Assembly: GCA_963809215.1 (NCBI GenBank)
Contig: CAWEIJ010000003.1
Span: 226,892 to 290,891 of the forward strand
Reading direction: 5' to 3'
Length of the DNA: 64,000 nt
Source of the DNA: an uncultured Chloroflexia bacterium
GTDB taxonomy: Bacteria; Chloroflexota; Limnocylindria; Limnocylindrales; CSP1-4
A model generated the notes under the pieces. It worked only from the letters and a program-made list of their open reading frames with translations. It was not told where the DNA came from and did not search any database. Below are positions 9,666 through 18,846 of this stretch, one piece after another. The position numbers and the translations under genes were made by a program. The first letter of the stretch is position 1, and each line of letters opens with the position of its first letter.

Positions 9666-10985
9666 ATGCATTTCGGGCTGGCCAACATCGTCACGATCGC
9701 CCGCCGCGAGTACCTGGTCCGGGCGCGGACCCGATCGTTCAAGGTGGCGACGGTGTTCCTCGTGCTCGCCGCCGTCCTCGTGACGCTCGCTCCCCTCGCG
9801 GTCCGCTGGCTCGACCGCGACTCGACCGCCAAGGTCGGGATCTACACCTCTGCCCCGCTGTCGTTCGACCCGATCGCCCGCCTGAACACCACCCTCAACC
9901 TGCCGGCCACCCCGGGCGGCAAGGGTCCGTTCACGTTCAGCACGGTCTCGGACGTCACGGCCGGCCGCGCCGCCGTCGAGAAGGGAGACCTGGCCGCGGT
10001 GGTCGACATCGCCCGCGACCCGACCGGCGACCTCGCGTTCACGATCATCTCGAAGGACGGCCCGACGCTCCGAATCCCCACGTTCCTGCGCCAGGGCGCC
10101 ACGGTTCTCGCCACCACCGACCGCCTGCTGCGCGGCGGCTACCCGGCCGACCAGCTCGCCTCGCTCGGCGTGCCCCCGTCGGTCAGCGTGGTCGGCCCGA
10201 CGCCCCCCACGCCCGGCGAGCAGCCAAAGGACTTCGCCGGGGAGCTGGGCGGGCCGCTCACCGCCCAGGCGCTCGTCATCTTCCTGTTCATGGCGATCAT
10301 CCTCTACGGCTCGTGGGTTGCGACGTCCGTGGCCGAGGAGAAGAGCAGCCGGGTGATGGAGATGGTCCTCAACGCCGCGAGCCCGTTCGAGCTCCTTGCG
10401 GGCAAGGTCGTCGGGGTCGGCTCGCTGGGCCTGACCCAGTACGTCGCGGCGATCGTGCCGGCGATCATCGCGCTCCTGCTGCAGGACCGGATTGCCTCGA
10501 TCCTCCTCGGAGAGGCGACGGCGTCGACCGCCCCTGCGGCGTCCGGCCTGACGCCGACCCTCCTCATCGCGTTTGCCGTGCTGTTCGTGCTCGGATTCCT
10601 GCTCTACGCGGTCCTGTACGCGGCTGCCGGGTCACTGGTGAGCCGGATGGAGGATGTCAACTCGGTCGTCGCGCCGATGACGATGGTCGGGATGGCCGGC
10701 TACCTCATCGCCGTGTACACGTCATCCGGGCTCATCCCGGCAGACGCCGGCTGGGTGGTCGTGCTCTCGTACGTGCCGTTCGTGAGCCCGTACCTCATGC
10801 TCGCGCGCTTCGCGTCCGGCGTCGCCGGCCCGCTGGACCTCGCGCTCGCGGCCGCGCTCCTGGTCATCGCGATCGTCGTCTGCCTGTGGGTGGCCGCGCG
10901 CATCTACGCCGCGGGCGTCCTCACCTACGGGCAGAAGCCGAGCGCCCGCGCGCTGTTCTCCGCGGCCTTTGCGCACCGGGGGTAG
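9666..10985 (+). CDS. ABC-2 family transporter permease
   Basis: ATG lies 2 nt after the ATPase stop. One N-terminal TM segment, a large extracytoplasmic loop, then 5-6 TM segments (EEKSSRVMEMVLNA motif typical of NatB/YhaP-like permeases). Confidence 0.85.
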   Translation: MHFGLANIVTIARREYLVRARTRSFKVATVFLVLAAVLVTLAPLAVRWLDRDSTAKVGIYTSAPLSFDPIARLNTTLNLPATPGGKGPFTFSTVSDVTAGRAAVEKGDLAAVVDIARDPTGDLAFTIISKDGPTLRIPTFLRQGATVLATTDRLLRGGYPADQLASLGVPPSVSVVGPTPPTPGEQPKDFAGELGGPLTAQALVIFLFMAIILYGSWVATSVAEEKSSRVMEMVLNAASPFELLAGKVVGVGSLGLTQYVAAIVPAIIALLLQDRIASILLGEATASTAPAASGLTPTLLIAFAVLFVLGFLLYAVLYAAAGSLVSRMEDVNSVVAPMTMVGMAGYLIAVYTSSGLIPADAGWVVVLSYVPFVSPYLMLARFASGVAGPLDLALAAALLVIAIVVCLWVAARIYAAGVLTYGQKPSARALFSAAFAHRG

Positions 10986-11054
10986 GGCGGCGGCCGGCAG
11001 GAACCGCGTCGACCCTTCCTCGGCGGCCGATCGGACCGATCGAGGCGCTGCTGC

Positions 11055-11534
11055 TCAGTACGGCCGGGTGCGCAGATCCGACGAGAAGTCGACGACGCCG
11101 CGCAGCCAGGCGAGCGCCTCGCCCCAGCCCTCGAGCGCCTCGGCGTAGGCGTCGAGGACGCCCGGGGCGCGCAGGTCGAACGGGCCGTCGGTCAGGGTCA
11201 GGCGCGTCCCATAGCCGGCGGGCTCCAGGCGCACCGACACCGTCGTCTCCCAGGCCTCGTCCTTCCCCCAGGGCCAGCGGAACTCGAACCGCCGGTCGCT
11301 CTCGAGGACGGTGACATCCCACCAGACCCGCTGGTCCGGGAAGACCAGGGTGCTCCGGGTGCCCACCGCCAGCGAGCCCTCGACGCGCTGGGGGAACCAG
11401 CGGATCAGCTCCTCCGGAACCGTCCAGCAGCGGTAGACGCGCGAGGGGGGCGCCTGGAAGCGGCGGACCATCCGGACGGTCCGGGGAGCGAGGAGCGGAT
11501 CACGCTGACCCTCCGACACGCCGCCTTCATTCAT
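11055..11534 (-). CDS. SRPBCC-superfamily protein (AHSA1/START-like)
   Basis: Track ORF. ...VRMVRRFQAPPSRVYRCWTVPEELIRWFP... has the typical AHSA1-like N-terminus. TAGCCT lies 6 nt upstream of the ATG. Confidence 0.8.
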   Translation of the reverse strand: MNEGGVSEGQRDPLLAPRTVRMVRRFQAPPSRVYRCWTVPEELIRWFPQRVEGSLAVGTRSTLVFPDQRVWWDVTVLESDRRFEFRWPWGKDEAWETTVSVRLEPAGYGTRLTLTDGPFDLRAPGVLDAYAEALEGWGEALAWLRGVVDFSSDLRTRPY

Positions 11535-11540
11535 GCGATG

Positions 11541-11546
11541 AGGCTA
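11541..11546 (-). promoter_or_regulatory. leaderless-type -10 (TAGCCT-N6-ATG 11534)
   Basis: TANNNT hexamer 6 nt upstream of the AHSA1-like gene start. Confidence 0.5.
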
Positions 11547-11559
11547 TCACTGCCAGATC

Positions 11560-12477
11560 TCAGGGCGACAGCCGCACTTCGTCCCCGCCGTCCACGTCGC
11601 CTCCAGGATCCGCCGCGCCCTCCAGGTCCGCCGCCATGGCCGCGGGATCAGGCGGGGGCGGGGCCGTGGGCGCACGCCGGCGACGCGGCCTCTTCGGGGA
11701 GCTCGCCAGCGCAGGCCACCAGTCGCAGGCGCACAGGCCGCGCGGGCAGCCGGCATGCGGCAGCCGAGGGGTTCGGATCTCGTCTGTGATCCTGTAGATG
11801 CGCTCGTTGTCGGCGCGACACGCCGGGCAGCAGGCAGCCCCGACCAGCTCCGCGTCGCGCGAGACCTGGGTGAGCTTCCGGAGGGTCGCCATGACGCCCT
11901 CCCGGTACACGGCGACGATCTCGTCGGAGGGCGGCGGGTGGGCCCCGGCCTCGTCATAGAGCGCGCCGGCCTGTCGGCGTCGGATCTGCGCGACCTCGGC
12001 CCATCGCTTGTCGCGCCGGGCAGCGCGGACGGCACGTTCGGCCGCGGCGAGGTACAGGCCCCGCGAGGCCCTGACGGACGCGGCGGTCAGCGGCGCGGCC
12101 ATCAGGCGTCGGCGGCGATCGGCCGGGGCGCCCACGCGCTGCGCGAGCAGGAGCCACGTCCGGCGTTGGCGCGACCACTGCTGTTCGTCGATGTCGTGCT
12201 GCCGTTCTGCCTCGAAGACCTCGACGGCAGCTTCCGTCAGGTAGATCGCCCGGCCTTCGACGTGGCGGACGACGATCCGGTTTCGGCAGCGCGGGCAGCG
12301 CCGCGTGTGATCGGGCGGCGGGTTGAGCGGGACGCCGCAGCTCGGGCATGCGACCGTCACGACCGGCGGAGGCGCGATCGGGGCAGGAGGCGGTGAGACC
12401 GCCTCCACCTGCTGATCGACGGGCGTGTCCGGGCGGTCAAGGCCGAGGAGCCGCCGAAAGAACGCGATCGGAACCAC
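11560..12477 (-). CDS. hypothetical protein with two zinc-ribbon-like Cys clusters
   Basis: C-terminal 305 codons of track ORF 11560-13125, taken from GTG 12477. The part upstream of that overlaps the divergent gene and a repeat array. Cys clusters are CPSCG...CPRCRN and CCPACR...CPRGLCAC, followed by a basic/proline-rich tail. Start uncertain (no clear SD or -10). Confidence 0.55.
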   Translation of the reverse strand: MVPIAFFRRLLGLDRPDTPVDQQVEAVSPPPAPIAPPPVVTVACPSCGVPLNPPPDHTRRCPRCRNRIVVRHVEGRAIYLTEAAVEVFEAERQHDIDEQQWSRQRRTWLLLAQRVGAPADRRRRLMAAPLTAASVRASRGLYLAAAERAVRAARRDKRWAEVAQIRRRQAGALYDEAGAHPPPSDEIVAVYREGVMATLRKLTQVSRDAELVGAACCPACRADNERIYRITDEIRTPRLPHAGCPRGLCACDWWPALASSPKRPRRRRAPTAPPPPDPAAMAADLEGAADPGGDVDGGDEVRLSP

Positions 12478-12584
12478 CTCGGTTCGCTGACACCGCCGTC
12501 CGGTCGGACGCCGGCTCCGCCGACGGTTCGAACGTGCGCGGGCCTCCCGCGCCGACACCCTCAGGGTACTCCCGAACCATGCCG

Positions 12585-12654
12585 CTGCGGCCGGGCGGCC
12601 TGCGGCCGGGCGGCCTGCGGCCGGGCGGCCTGCGACCCGGCGTCCTGCGACCGG
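12585..12654. repeat. 15-bp tandem repeat (CTGCGGCCGGGCGGC) about 4.7 copies, intergenic
   Basis: Three perfect copies (12585-12629) followed by two degenerate ones. Lies between divergent genes 11560-12477 and 12883-13545. Confidence 0.8.
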
Positions 12655-12882
12655 CAAGCGCTCACATCCGCCCCGACCGCCGGGGCCAGCCACGCCGCCC
12701 TCGTCGCGAGCGCGGCACGGCCAGATGCGGCTACGATTGGGTCCCGCCTCGACGGTGCCCGTGTCACGCGGCGGCTCGGTGCCGACGCCGGAGCTTCGCA
12801 CGTACGCCCGTGCCGCCGGGCGACTCACGCCGGGCAGCCCGGTTGCCGCGTCATCGAGACTCAAGGGAGACGGAGTCAAGCC

Positions 12883-13545
12883 ATGACCGATCAGACTCGC
12901 CCCGACAACGTGGCGGCCATCGCGGAAGCCGACAGCGATGACGGGATCGTCGATGGCGACGCGGCCACCCACCTCGAGGCGCTGGTCTTCGGGGCGGTCG
13001 TGCCCGAACGCCCGAAGGCCGGGGCAGAGGGCCTCCCGATCGAGCTCGTCGGCCAGCATCTCCGCCTCTCGGGCACCGTGATCATCGGATTCCACCGACG
13101 CCTGTCCGACTTCGTGAACAACCACGAAGGGCTGATCTCGCTGCGCGACGTCACGATCCTCCGCCGGAACGGCGACCCGACGAAGGTGACCTCACCGAGC
13201 CTCTGGGTGAGCCCGGACGAAGTCACGCTGATCGGACAGGCGACGGACGTCGACGAACGCGAGACGGCGGGAGCCGAATTCATGCAGAAGAGGGCCTTCC
13301 ACCTCATCGTCGTGACTCCCGGTCACACGCTCACCGGCGAGATCCATCTCAACCGTGAAGCGGTGCTCGCGTCCTTCATCGAGTCTCCCAGCCCGATGTG
13401 GATCCCGATGACGGATGTCCGAACGCGCTCGCTCGCGGACCGCCGGGTCATCTCGCGGTACGGGTTCGCCCTGATCAACCGACGCCACATCGTCGCGGCC
13501 ACCGAGCTCCAGCCCGGCATGGTTCGGGGGCGCAGCGTCCTCTAG
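12883..13545 (+). CDS. hypothetical protein with an internal duplication (two ~60-aa modules)
   Basis: Track ORF with a GGGAGACGGAG SD upstream. Module 1 is LRLSGTVIIGFHRRLSDFVNNHEGLISLRDVTIL...VSPDEVTLIGQ. Module 2 is LTGEIHLNREAVLASFIESPSPMWIPMTDVRTRSL...LINRRHIVAATEL. Confidence 0.65.
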   Translation: MTDQTRPDNVAAIAEADSDDGIVDGDAATHLEALVFGAVVPERPKAGAEGLPIELVGQHLRLSGTVIIGFHRRLSDFVNNHEGLISLRDVTILRRNGDPTKVTSPSLWVSPDEVTLIGQATDVDERETAGAEFMQKRAFHLIVVTPGHTLTGEIHLNREAVLASFIESPSPMWIPMTDVRTRSLADRRVISRYGFALINRRHIVAATELQPGMVRGRSVL

Positions 13546-13547
13546 GG

Positions 13548-13645
13548 GGGAGCGAAGTCCGCCGGCGGGCGACGCCGGAGAGAGCGAAAGACCCGCGTCG
13601 GGTCGCGCCGCGGGGAGCGAAAGACCGCGGCGCGTCGCGGAGGAG
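13548..13645. repeat. 33-bp tandem repeat x3, each copy with a GC hairpin, in a convergent intergenic region
   Basis: GAGCGAA(A)G(A/T)CC... units start near 13549, 13582 and 13615. Hairpins include GACCCG-CGT-CGGGTC. Lies between the stops of 12883-13545 and the histidine kinase, so it may act as a bidirectional terminator. Confidence 0.65.
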
Positions 13646-13654
13646 CCTGCAGGG

Positions 13655-15139
13655 CTACCCCTCTGTCGGGGACTCGGCCAGGATCGTCAGCGTGAACACT
13701 GCGGCAGTCGCCGCGGACCGCGGGCCGGCCGCGTTCGCCGCGCCCTGCGCCCGGTCGCCGGCATCCCAGTCCTGCGGGACCAGCACCAGGTCGCCGCCAT
13801 TCGCACGGGCCAGCTCGCGGGCGACATAGAGGCCCAGGCCCGTGCCTTCGGCGCCGGCCTGGGCACCTCGCGCATAGCGGTCGAAGAGACGCCCGCGGTC
13901 GGCGGCGGCGATCCCGGGCCCCTGGTCCGCCACCCGCATGAGCAGCGTGCCGCCCGCGACCGCGTGCCCGTCGCCTCTCGCCGACTCGATGCGGCTGCTG
14001 CCCGCGCCGGGGACTGCGGTCGTGGCCACCATGATCGGGGTCCCTCCGCCGTACTTCACGGCGTTGTCGAGCAGGCTCCAGATCACCTGGTCCACCTGGT
14101 CGGGGTCGGCGTACGCGAGCCACCCGCCCGATCGATCCTCGAGCGTGAACGGAACGCCGGTCGCGCCCAGCGCCTCCCATGCGCGCCGCACCCGTGGCCC
14201 CAGCGCGAAGACCTCGGCAACCGGGTGCAGGACACCGGAATCGAGCCGGCTGACGGTCATCAGCTGGCGAACCAGTCGCGACAATCGGTCGCTCTGCTCG
14301 GTGATGATCCCAAGGCGTCGATCCGGGACCTCCGCGGCAAGCTGGTCGGCGTAGGCACGGATCCGTGCCAGCGGCGTCTGGAGGTTGTGACTGACGCCGC
14401 GCAGGAAGTCGTCCTTCGCCGCGTCCAGCTCGCGCAGCCGGTCGTTCTGGTCGGCCACGCGCGCGAAGAGCTCCGCGTTGCGCAGCCCCACCCCGACGAC
14501 CGCGGCGAACAGCTCGAGGAGGTCCTGGTCGGCGCGATCCCAGCGCGCGGTGGCGGACGCATGGCCGACGATCGCACCGAGGGGCTCGGCACCGGCGCGG
14601 AGGTCCGCCCGGATCGGCAGGGGATCGCCGGGCACCCGCTCCTCGACCGGGATGTCCGACGGGTCGCCCAGCACGATCCGGGCGTCGATCAACCCGAAGG
14701 CAAGGCGGGCATCCGCGATCGCGAGGTCCACCAGGCGGTCGGCGCCCTCGCGCGGCGAGTACGTGCCAACCGCGTCGACGACGCGTGCCACCTGGCGGTT
14801 CCGCCGCAGGAGGTCGCCCGCCAGCTGACCCTGGCGTTCCGCGAGGCGGCCAAGCTCATCGTCGGCGAGCGCCGGGAGCGGTGTGCTCACATCGCCCGCG
14901 ACGATCCGGTCCATCGCCGTTGCGAGCGCGCGAAGGGGCGATGTCAGGCTGGCGGCGACGACGAACGCGATCCCGATGCCCAGGATCGCGGCGATCGCGA
15001 ACGCGGAGAGCAGGATCCGGAAGATGTCGCGGTCGGGATCCGGCTGGCCGGTGACCACGAAGAGCACGCCGACCGCCGCCAGCGGAGCGAGGGCGGCGAT
15101 GAGCACCGCGAGCATGATCCGGATCCGGAACGGGATCAC
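13655..15139 (-). CDS. sensor histidine kinase (2 TM, HAMP, GAF-like, HisKA, HATPase_c)
   Basis: Track ORF. H-box FLRGVSHNLQTPLARI, N-box LLDNAVKYG, G-boxes DQGPGI and GTGLGLYVAREL. Confidence 0.9.
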   Translation of the reverse strand: MIPFRIRIMLAVLIAALAPLAAVGVLFVVTGQPDPDRDIFRILLSAFAIAAILGIGIAFVVAASLTSPLRALATAMDRIVAGDVSTPLPALADDELGRLAERQGQLAGDLLRRNRQVARVVDAVGTYSPREGADRLVDLAIADARLAFGLIDARIVLGDPSDIPVEERVPGDPLPIRADLRAGAEPLGAIVGHASATARWDRADQDLLELFAAVVGVGLRNAELFARVADQNDRLRELDAAKDDFLRGVSHNLQTPLARIRAYADQLAAEVPDRRLGIITEQSDRLSRLVRQLMTVSRLDSGVLHPVAEVFALGPRVRRAWEALGATGVPFTLEDRSGGWLAYADPDQVDQVIWSLLDNAVKYGGGTPIMVATTAVPGAGSSRIESARGDGHAVAGGTLLMRVADQGPGIAAADRGRLFDRYARGAQAGAEGTGLGLYVARELARANGGDLVLVPQDWDAGDRAQGAANAAGPRSAATAAVFTLTILAESPTEG

Positions 15140-15858
15140 GTCGTGTCCGCCTCCAGGCGGTAGCCGACGCCGCGGACGGTGATGAGGTGGCGCGGCCGGT
15201 TCGCATCGGGCTCGATCTTCTGGCGAAGGCGCCGCATGGTGACCCAGACGTACGAGGAATCGGCGCCGTCGGTGTCGGCCCAGCCGCGCGCCACGAGCGT
15301 CTCCGTCGAGACGGTCTTTCCGAGGTTCGCTGCGAGCGCGTAGAGGAGCCTCGACTCGGTCGGGGTCAGCGAGACGTCCGCCCCGTTGACGGTCGCGGCA
15401 CGGCGCCCGAGCTCGAGCGCGAGGCCCGGTCCGAGCACGATCCGCTGGCCGGGCAGCCGGTCGCCAAGGCGCCTGAGGACGCGGTTGATCCGCGCTCGGA
15501 GCTCCGGGTAGTGGTACGGCTTCGTGACGTAGTCCTCGGCCACCTCGTCGAGGAGCTCCGCCTTCGAGTCAGCGGCGTCGATCGCGGTCAGGACGATGAT
15601 CGGCAGGTCGGCGCGGGCCTTGATCTCGCGGGCGAGGGAGATGCCGTCGAGGCGCGGCATCATCATGTCGAGCAGGACGAGGTCGGGCCACGCGTTCTCG
15701 AGCCGGCGCAGCGCCTCCAGGCCGTCGCGGGCGGTTGCCACGTCATAGCCGTCCGCGCGGAGCTGCTCGGCCAGGACGACGAGCAGGTTCGCGTCGTCGT
15801 CCACGAGGAGGAGTCGCGCCGGGCGTTCGCGGCCGCCCGGCCCGCCGGGGATCAGCAC
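15136..15858 (-). CDS. OmpR-family response regulator
   Basis: Receiver domain LLLVDDD...LVLLDMMMP...YVTKP; winged helix LTPTESRLLYALA...VRGVGYRL. Start set to GTG 15858 because TATCCT lies 6 nt upstream (track start 15876 is the alternative). 4-nt overlap with the kinase start. Confidence 0.9.
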   Translation of the reverse strand: MLIPGGPGGRERPARLLLVDDDANLLVVLAEQLRADGYDVATARDGLEALRRLENAWPDLVLLDMMMPRLDGISLAREIKARADLPIIVLTAIDAADSKAELLDEVAEDYVTKPYHYPELRARINRVLRRLGDRLPGQRIVLGPGLALELGRRAATVNGADVSLTPTESRLLYALAANLGKTVSTETLVARGWADTDGADSSYVWVTMRRLRQKIEPDANRPRHLITVRGVGYRLEADTT

Positions 15859-15864
15859 GCTCGG

Positions 15865-15870
15865 AGGATA
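15865..15870 (-). promoter_or_regulatory. leaderless-type -10 (TATCCT-N6-GTG 15858)
   Basis: TANNNT hexamer 6 nt upstream of the proposed response regulator start. Confidence 0.45.
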
Positions 15871-15927
15871 GCCCACGCTCGTGCGTGAGATGCCGGGGTC
15901 GGCGTCGGCAGCGCGGCCGGCTCGCCG

Positions 15928-16812
15928 TCAATCGGCCTTCGGGTCGAAGAAGCGGCAGCGGGGGGCGATCGGACAGCGTTCGCAGGCGGGGCGGCGGGCG
16001 TCGCAGGTCCGCCGTCCGTGCTGGATGAGCAGGACGTGGGCGGCGTAGAACTGGTCGGACGCGAGGAGGTGAGCGTAGATCTCGTGCTGCTCGTCGGGGC
16101 CGGCCTTCGGCGGGGCAAGCCCGATCCTGCGGCTCACCCGCTCGACGTGCGTGTCGACGGGCATGAGCGGCATCCCGAAGCAGAAGAGCAGGACGATCGA
16201 CGCGGTCTTGCGACCGATCCCGGGGATCGTCGTCAGCCAGTCCCGGGCTTCGCTCGGCGGAAGCGAGGCGAGGAATCCCAGGTCATGGCCGCCGCTCCGT
16301 TCGCGGATCGCGCGCAGAGCCGCCTGGATCCGTGGCCCCTTCTGGTTGGCGAGCCCGCCGATCCGGATCACGTCGATCAGCGCGCCGAGATCCGCACCCT
16401 CCACCGCCGACCAGTCAGGAGGCGCGCCTGGAGCGAGCCCGAGTCCACCCCAGCCCTCGGGTGGCGCCTCACTGCCATCAGGCCGGGCGACCCGATGGGC
16501 AGTCACCGGCCCATCGGACGGGTAGGTCGCACGGAGTGCCTCGAAGGCGCGCTCGGAGTTCAGGTCGGCCGTGTTCTGGGAGAGGATCGTGAGCACGAGC
16601 TCGCTCACGGGATCGAGTCGCTGCGACGGGACGGGGACGCCGTAGAGGTCGCCGAGCCGCTCGATCACGAAGTCCACGAGCCCGGGCCGGCGGCGCCGCA
16701 GGCTCCGCGCCCAGGCCACCGCCGGGTCGACGGGGCGGCGCGTGCGCGGTCGCGTGGCCGGTGCCTTTGGGGCGGCGAGACGCACTGACCGCGAGCGTTG
16801 GGTCGTGCTCAC
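15928..16812 (-). CDS. nth: endonuclease III-family HhH-GPD DNA glycosylase with 4Fe-4S cluster
   Basis: LVLTILSQNTADLNSERAF, HhH IPGIGRKTASIVLLF, VDTHVERV, and C-X6-C-X2-C-X5-C (CDARRPACERCPIAPRC). There is no ATG, so the start is taken as GTG 16812, which overlaps the vapC stop (GTGA). Confidence 0.8.
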   Translation of the reverse strand: MSTTQRSRSVRLAAPKAPATRPRTRRPVDPAVAWARSLRRRRPGLVDFVIERLGDLYGVPVPSQRLDPVSELVLTILSQNTADLNSERAFEALRATYPSDGPVTAHRVARPDGSEAPPEGWGGLGLAPGAPPDWSAVEGADLGALIDVIRIGGLANQKGPRIQAALRAIRERSGGHDLGFLASLPPSEARDWLTTIPGIGRKTASIVLLFCFGMPLMPVDTHVERVSRRIGLAPPKAGPDEQHEIYAHLLASDQFYAAHVLLIQHGRRTCDARRPACERCPIAPRCRFFDPKAD

Positions 16813-17198
16813 CAGATGACGTCGACGTCGTATCGCGCGATCGCGGGATCCGAGGTGAGGATCGGGATCCCCTCCACCTGGGCCTGCGCCACCAGGATTC
16901 GATCGAATGGATCGCGGTGGATCGCAGGCAGTCGGCCGGCACGGAGCGCGTGCGTCATGACGACGGGCATCGGCGAGAACCCGTACCGCTGAATTCGTTC
17001 CGGAACCCATTCCTCCGGATCACCCTCGATCTCGAGGCGCCCTGTGGCGGCCTTGATCGCGATCTCCCAGGCCGATGCGACGCTCACGATCGCATCGGTG
17101 GACGAATCGATCAGGAGATCGCGCGCCCGGTCTGAGAGCCGCCTGCCATCCTCCGAGGTCCACCACAGGAAGGCATGCGTGTCGAGGAGCACGCGCAC
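16809..17198 (-). CDS. vapC: PIN-domain toxin (VapC family)
   Basis: VRVLLDTHAFLWW..., SVASAWEIAIK, HRDPFDRILVAQA. GTG 17198 lies 1 nt after the antitoxin stop (residue 32 of track ORF 16809-17291). Confidence 0.85.
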   Translation of the reverse strand: MRVLLDTHAFLWWTSEDGRRLSDRARDLLIDSSTDAIVSVASAWEIAIKAATGRLEIEGDPEEWVPERIQRYGFSPMPVVMTHALRAGRLPAIHRDPFDRILVAQAQVEGIPILTSDPAIARYDVDVIW

Positions 17199-17199
17199 C

Positions 17200-17456
<257 letters not shown>

Positions 17457-17592
17457 TCTCAATGTCCGACGTGCGAGGATCCGTGACCGGTGCAGCGAAA
17501 TCCTCGCCAATGCCGCCCCCGGCATCACTATCTACGTCCTGGCATCGGCGACGGGCGGGCCCCACCGTCGGGCCGCCCGCAAGGGATGTCTC

Positions 17593-18720
17593 CTACTCGA
17601 GCCCTGACAGCCCCTGCCCGATCCCGACAAGCTGCGCGATCCGCTCGCCGCATCGCTCGATGGGAGCTGCGCCCGCGGCCATCGCCTCCTCCATGGATCC
17701 GGGACGCTCCGCGATCGGGACAGCGATCGCGCCGACCGCCGCGAGCGCCGCGATCCCCTCGGAATCCACGCCGCCTCCGACCGCGATGCAGCCGACGCCG
17801 GCCGTCTCTGCGCGCCGGGCAACGCCCAGCGCAGTCTTGCCGAACGCGGTCTGGCCGTCGATCCGGCCCTCGCCGGTGAGCACGAGGTCCGCCCGCGCCA
17901 GGCTCTCGGCGAAGCCCGCCGCGTCCATCACGAGATCGACGCCCGGCACGATCGCGAATTCCGCGAACCGGTCGCGCAGGCAGGCGAGCCCGAACGTGGC
18001 GCCGCCGGCGGCTCCGGCTCCGGGCGTGTCGCGCTCGCGGCGACCGGTCGCCGCCTCGAGGGCGTCCGCCCAGCGGCCGAGCGCGGCATCGAGCTCTGCG
18101 ACCTCTGGCGGGCCGGCGCCCTTCTGCGGGCCGTAGACGGCGGCCGCGCCGCGCGGCCCCAGGAGCGGGTTCGTCACGTCGCAGGCGATCCGCAGGGAGA
18201 CGTCGCCGAGCCGCCGGTCCAGCTCCTCGAGATGGACGACGACCGCTGGCTCGATCGTCATCGCGAGCCCAAGCGCTGCGAGGATCCCGAGGCCGCCGTC
18301 CGTGGTTGCGCTGCCGCCGACGCCCAGGTCGACCCGCCGAACCCCCGAATCGAGGACGGCGCGAAGCACCTCGCCTGTCCCGTACGTGGAGGCGCCCGCG
18401 GGATCGCGCTCGGATTGCGGGAGCCTCGAGAGGCCCGACGCCTCGGCAAGCTCCACGACCGCGCGGGTCCCGTCGACGCTGCGGAGCCAGCGGGCGGTGA
18501 GCGGCCGGCCCAGCGGGTCGTGGGCCGCGGCGTCCTGCCATGTCCACCCGCCCGCGGCCTCGATGGCGACGAGCGTGCCCTCGCCGCCGTCGGCAAGCGG
18601 CGCGAGGATCAGCCGGTCGTCGGGCCGGGCTCGCGCCCAGCCGGCGGCGAGCGCGCGCGCGACCTCGACGGAGGTCAGCGAGCCCTTGAACGAGTCAGGC
18701 GCGACGAGGACGGTGAGGGG
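17593..18720 (-). CDS. glxK: glycerate kinase (GlxK/GarK family); start codon unresolved
   Basis: PLTVLVAPDSFKGSLTSVEV...PLADGGEGT...LVLTGEGRIDGQTAFGKT. The frame is open from about 18798 down into track ORF 17593-18456, but it has no ATG/GTG/TTG between the TAG near 18800 and GTG 18456. The nearest ATG (18752) is in another frame. Confidence 0.8.
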   Translation of the reverse strand, partial: PLTVLVAPDSFKGSLTSVEVARALAAGWARARPDDRLILAPLADGGEGTLVAIEAAGGWTWQDAAAHDPLGRPLTARWLRSVDGTRAVVELAEASGLSRLPQSERDPAGASTYGTGEVLRAVLDSGVRRVDLGVGGSATTDGGLGILAALGLAMTIEPAVVVHLEELDRRLGDVSLRIACDVTNPLLGPRGAAAVYGPQKGAGPPEVAELDAALGRWADALEAATGRRERDTPGAGAAGGATFGLACLRDRFAEFAIVPGVDLVMDAAGFAESLARADLVLTGEGRIDGQTAFGKTALGVARRAETAGVGCIAVGGGVDSEGIAALAAVGAIAVPIAERPGSMEEAMAAGAAPIERCGERIAQLVGIGQGLSGLE

Positions 18721-18846
18721 CCGTGCGGCCGGGCCTCCGCCTGCCCGGCCATCGAGGTCGCGGCCTCGCGCCGCAACGCCCTTCCCGCCCGCACGGCGCT
18801 ACCCGGGAACCCGCCCTCGAGCTCGCCCCTTCTCGCCGGCACCGCG

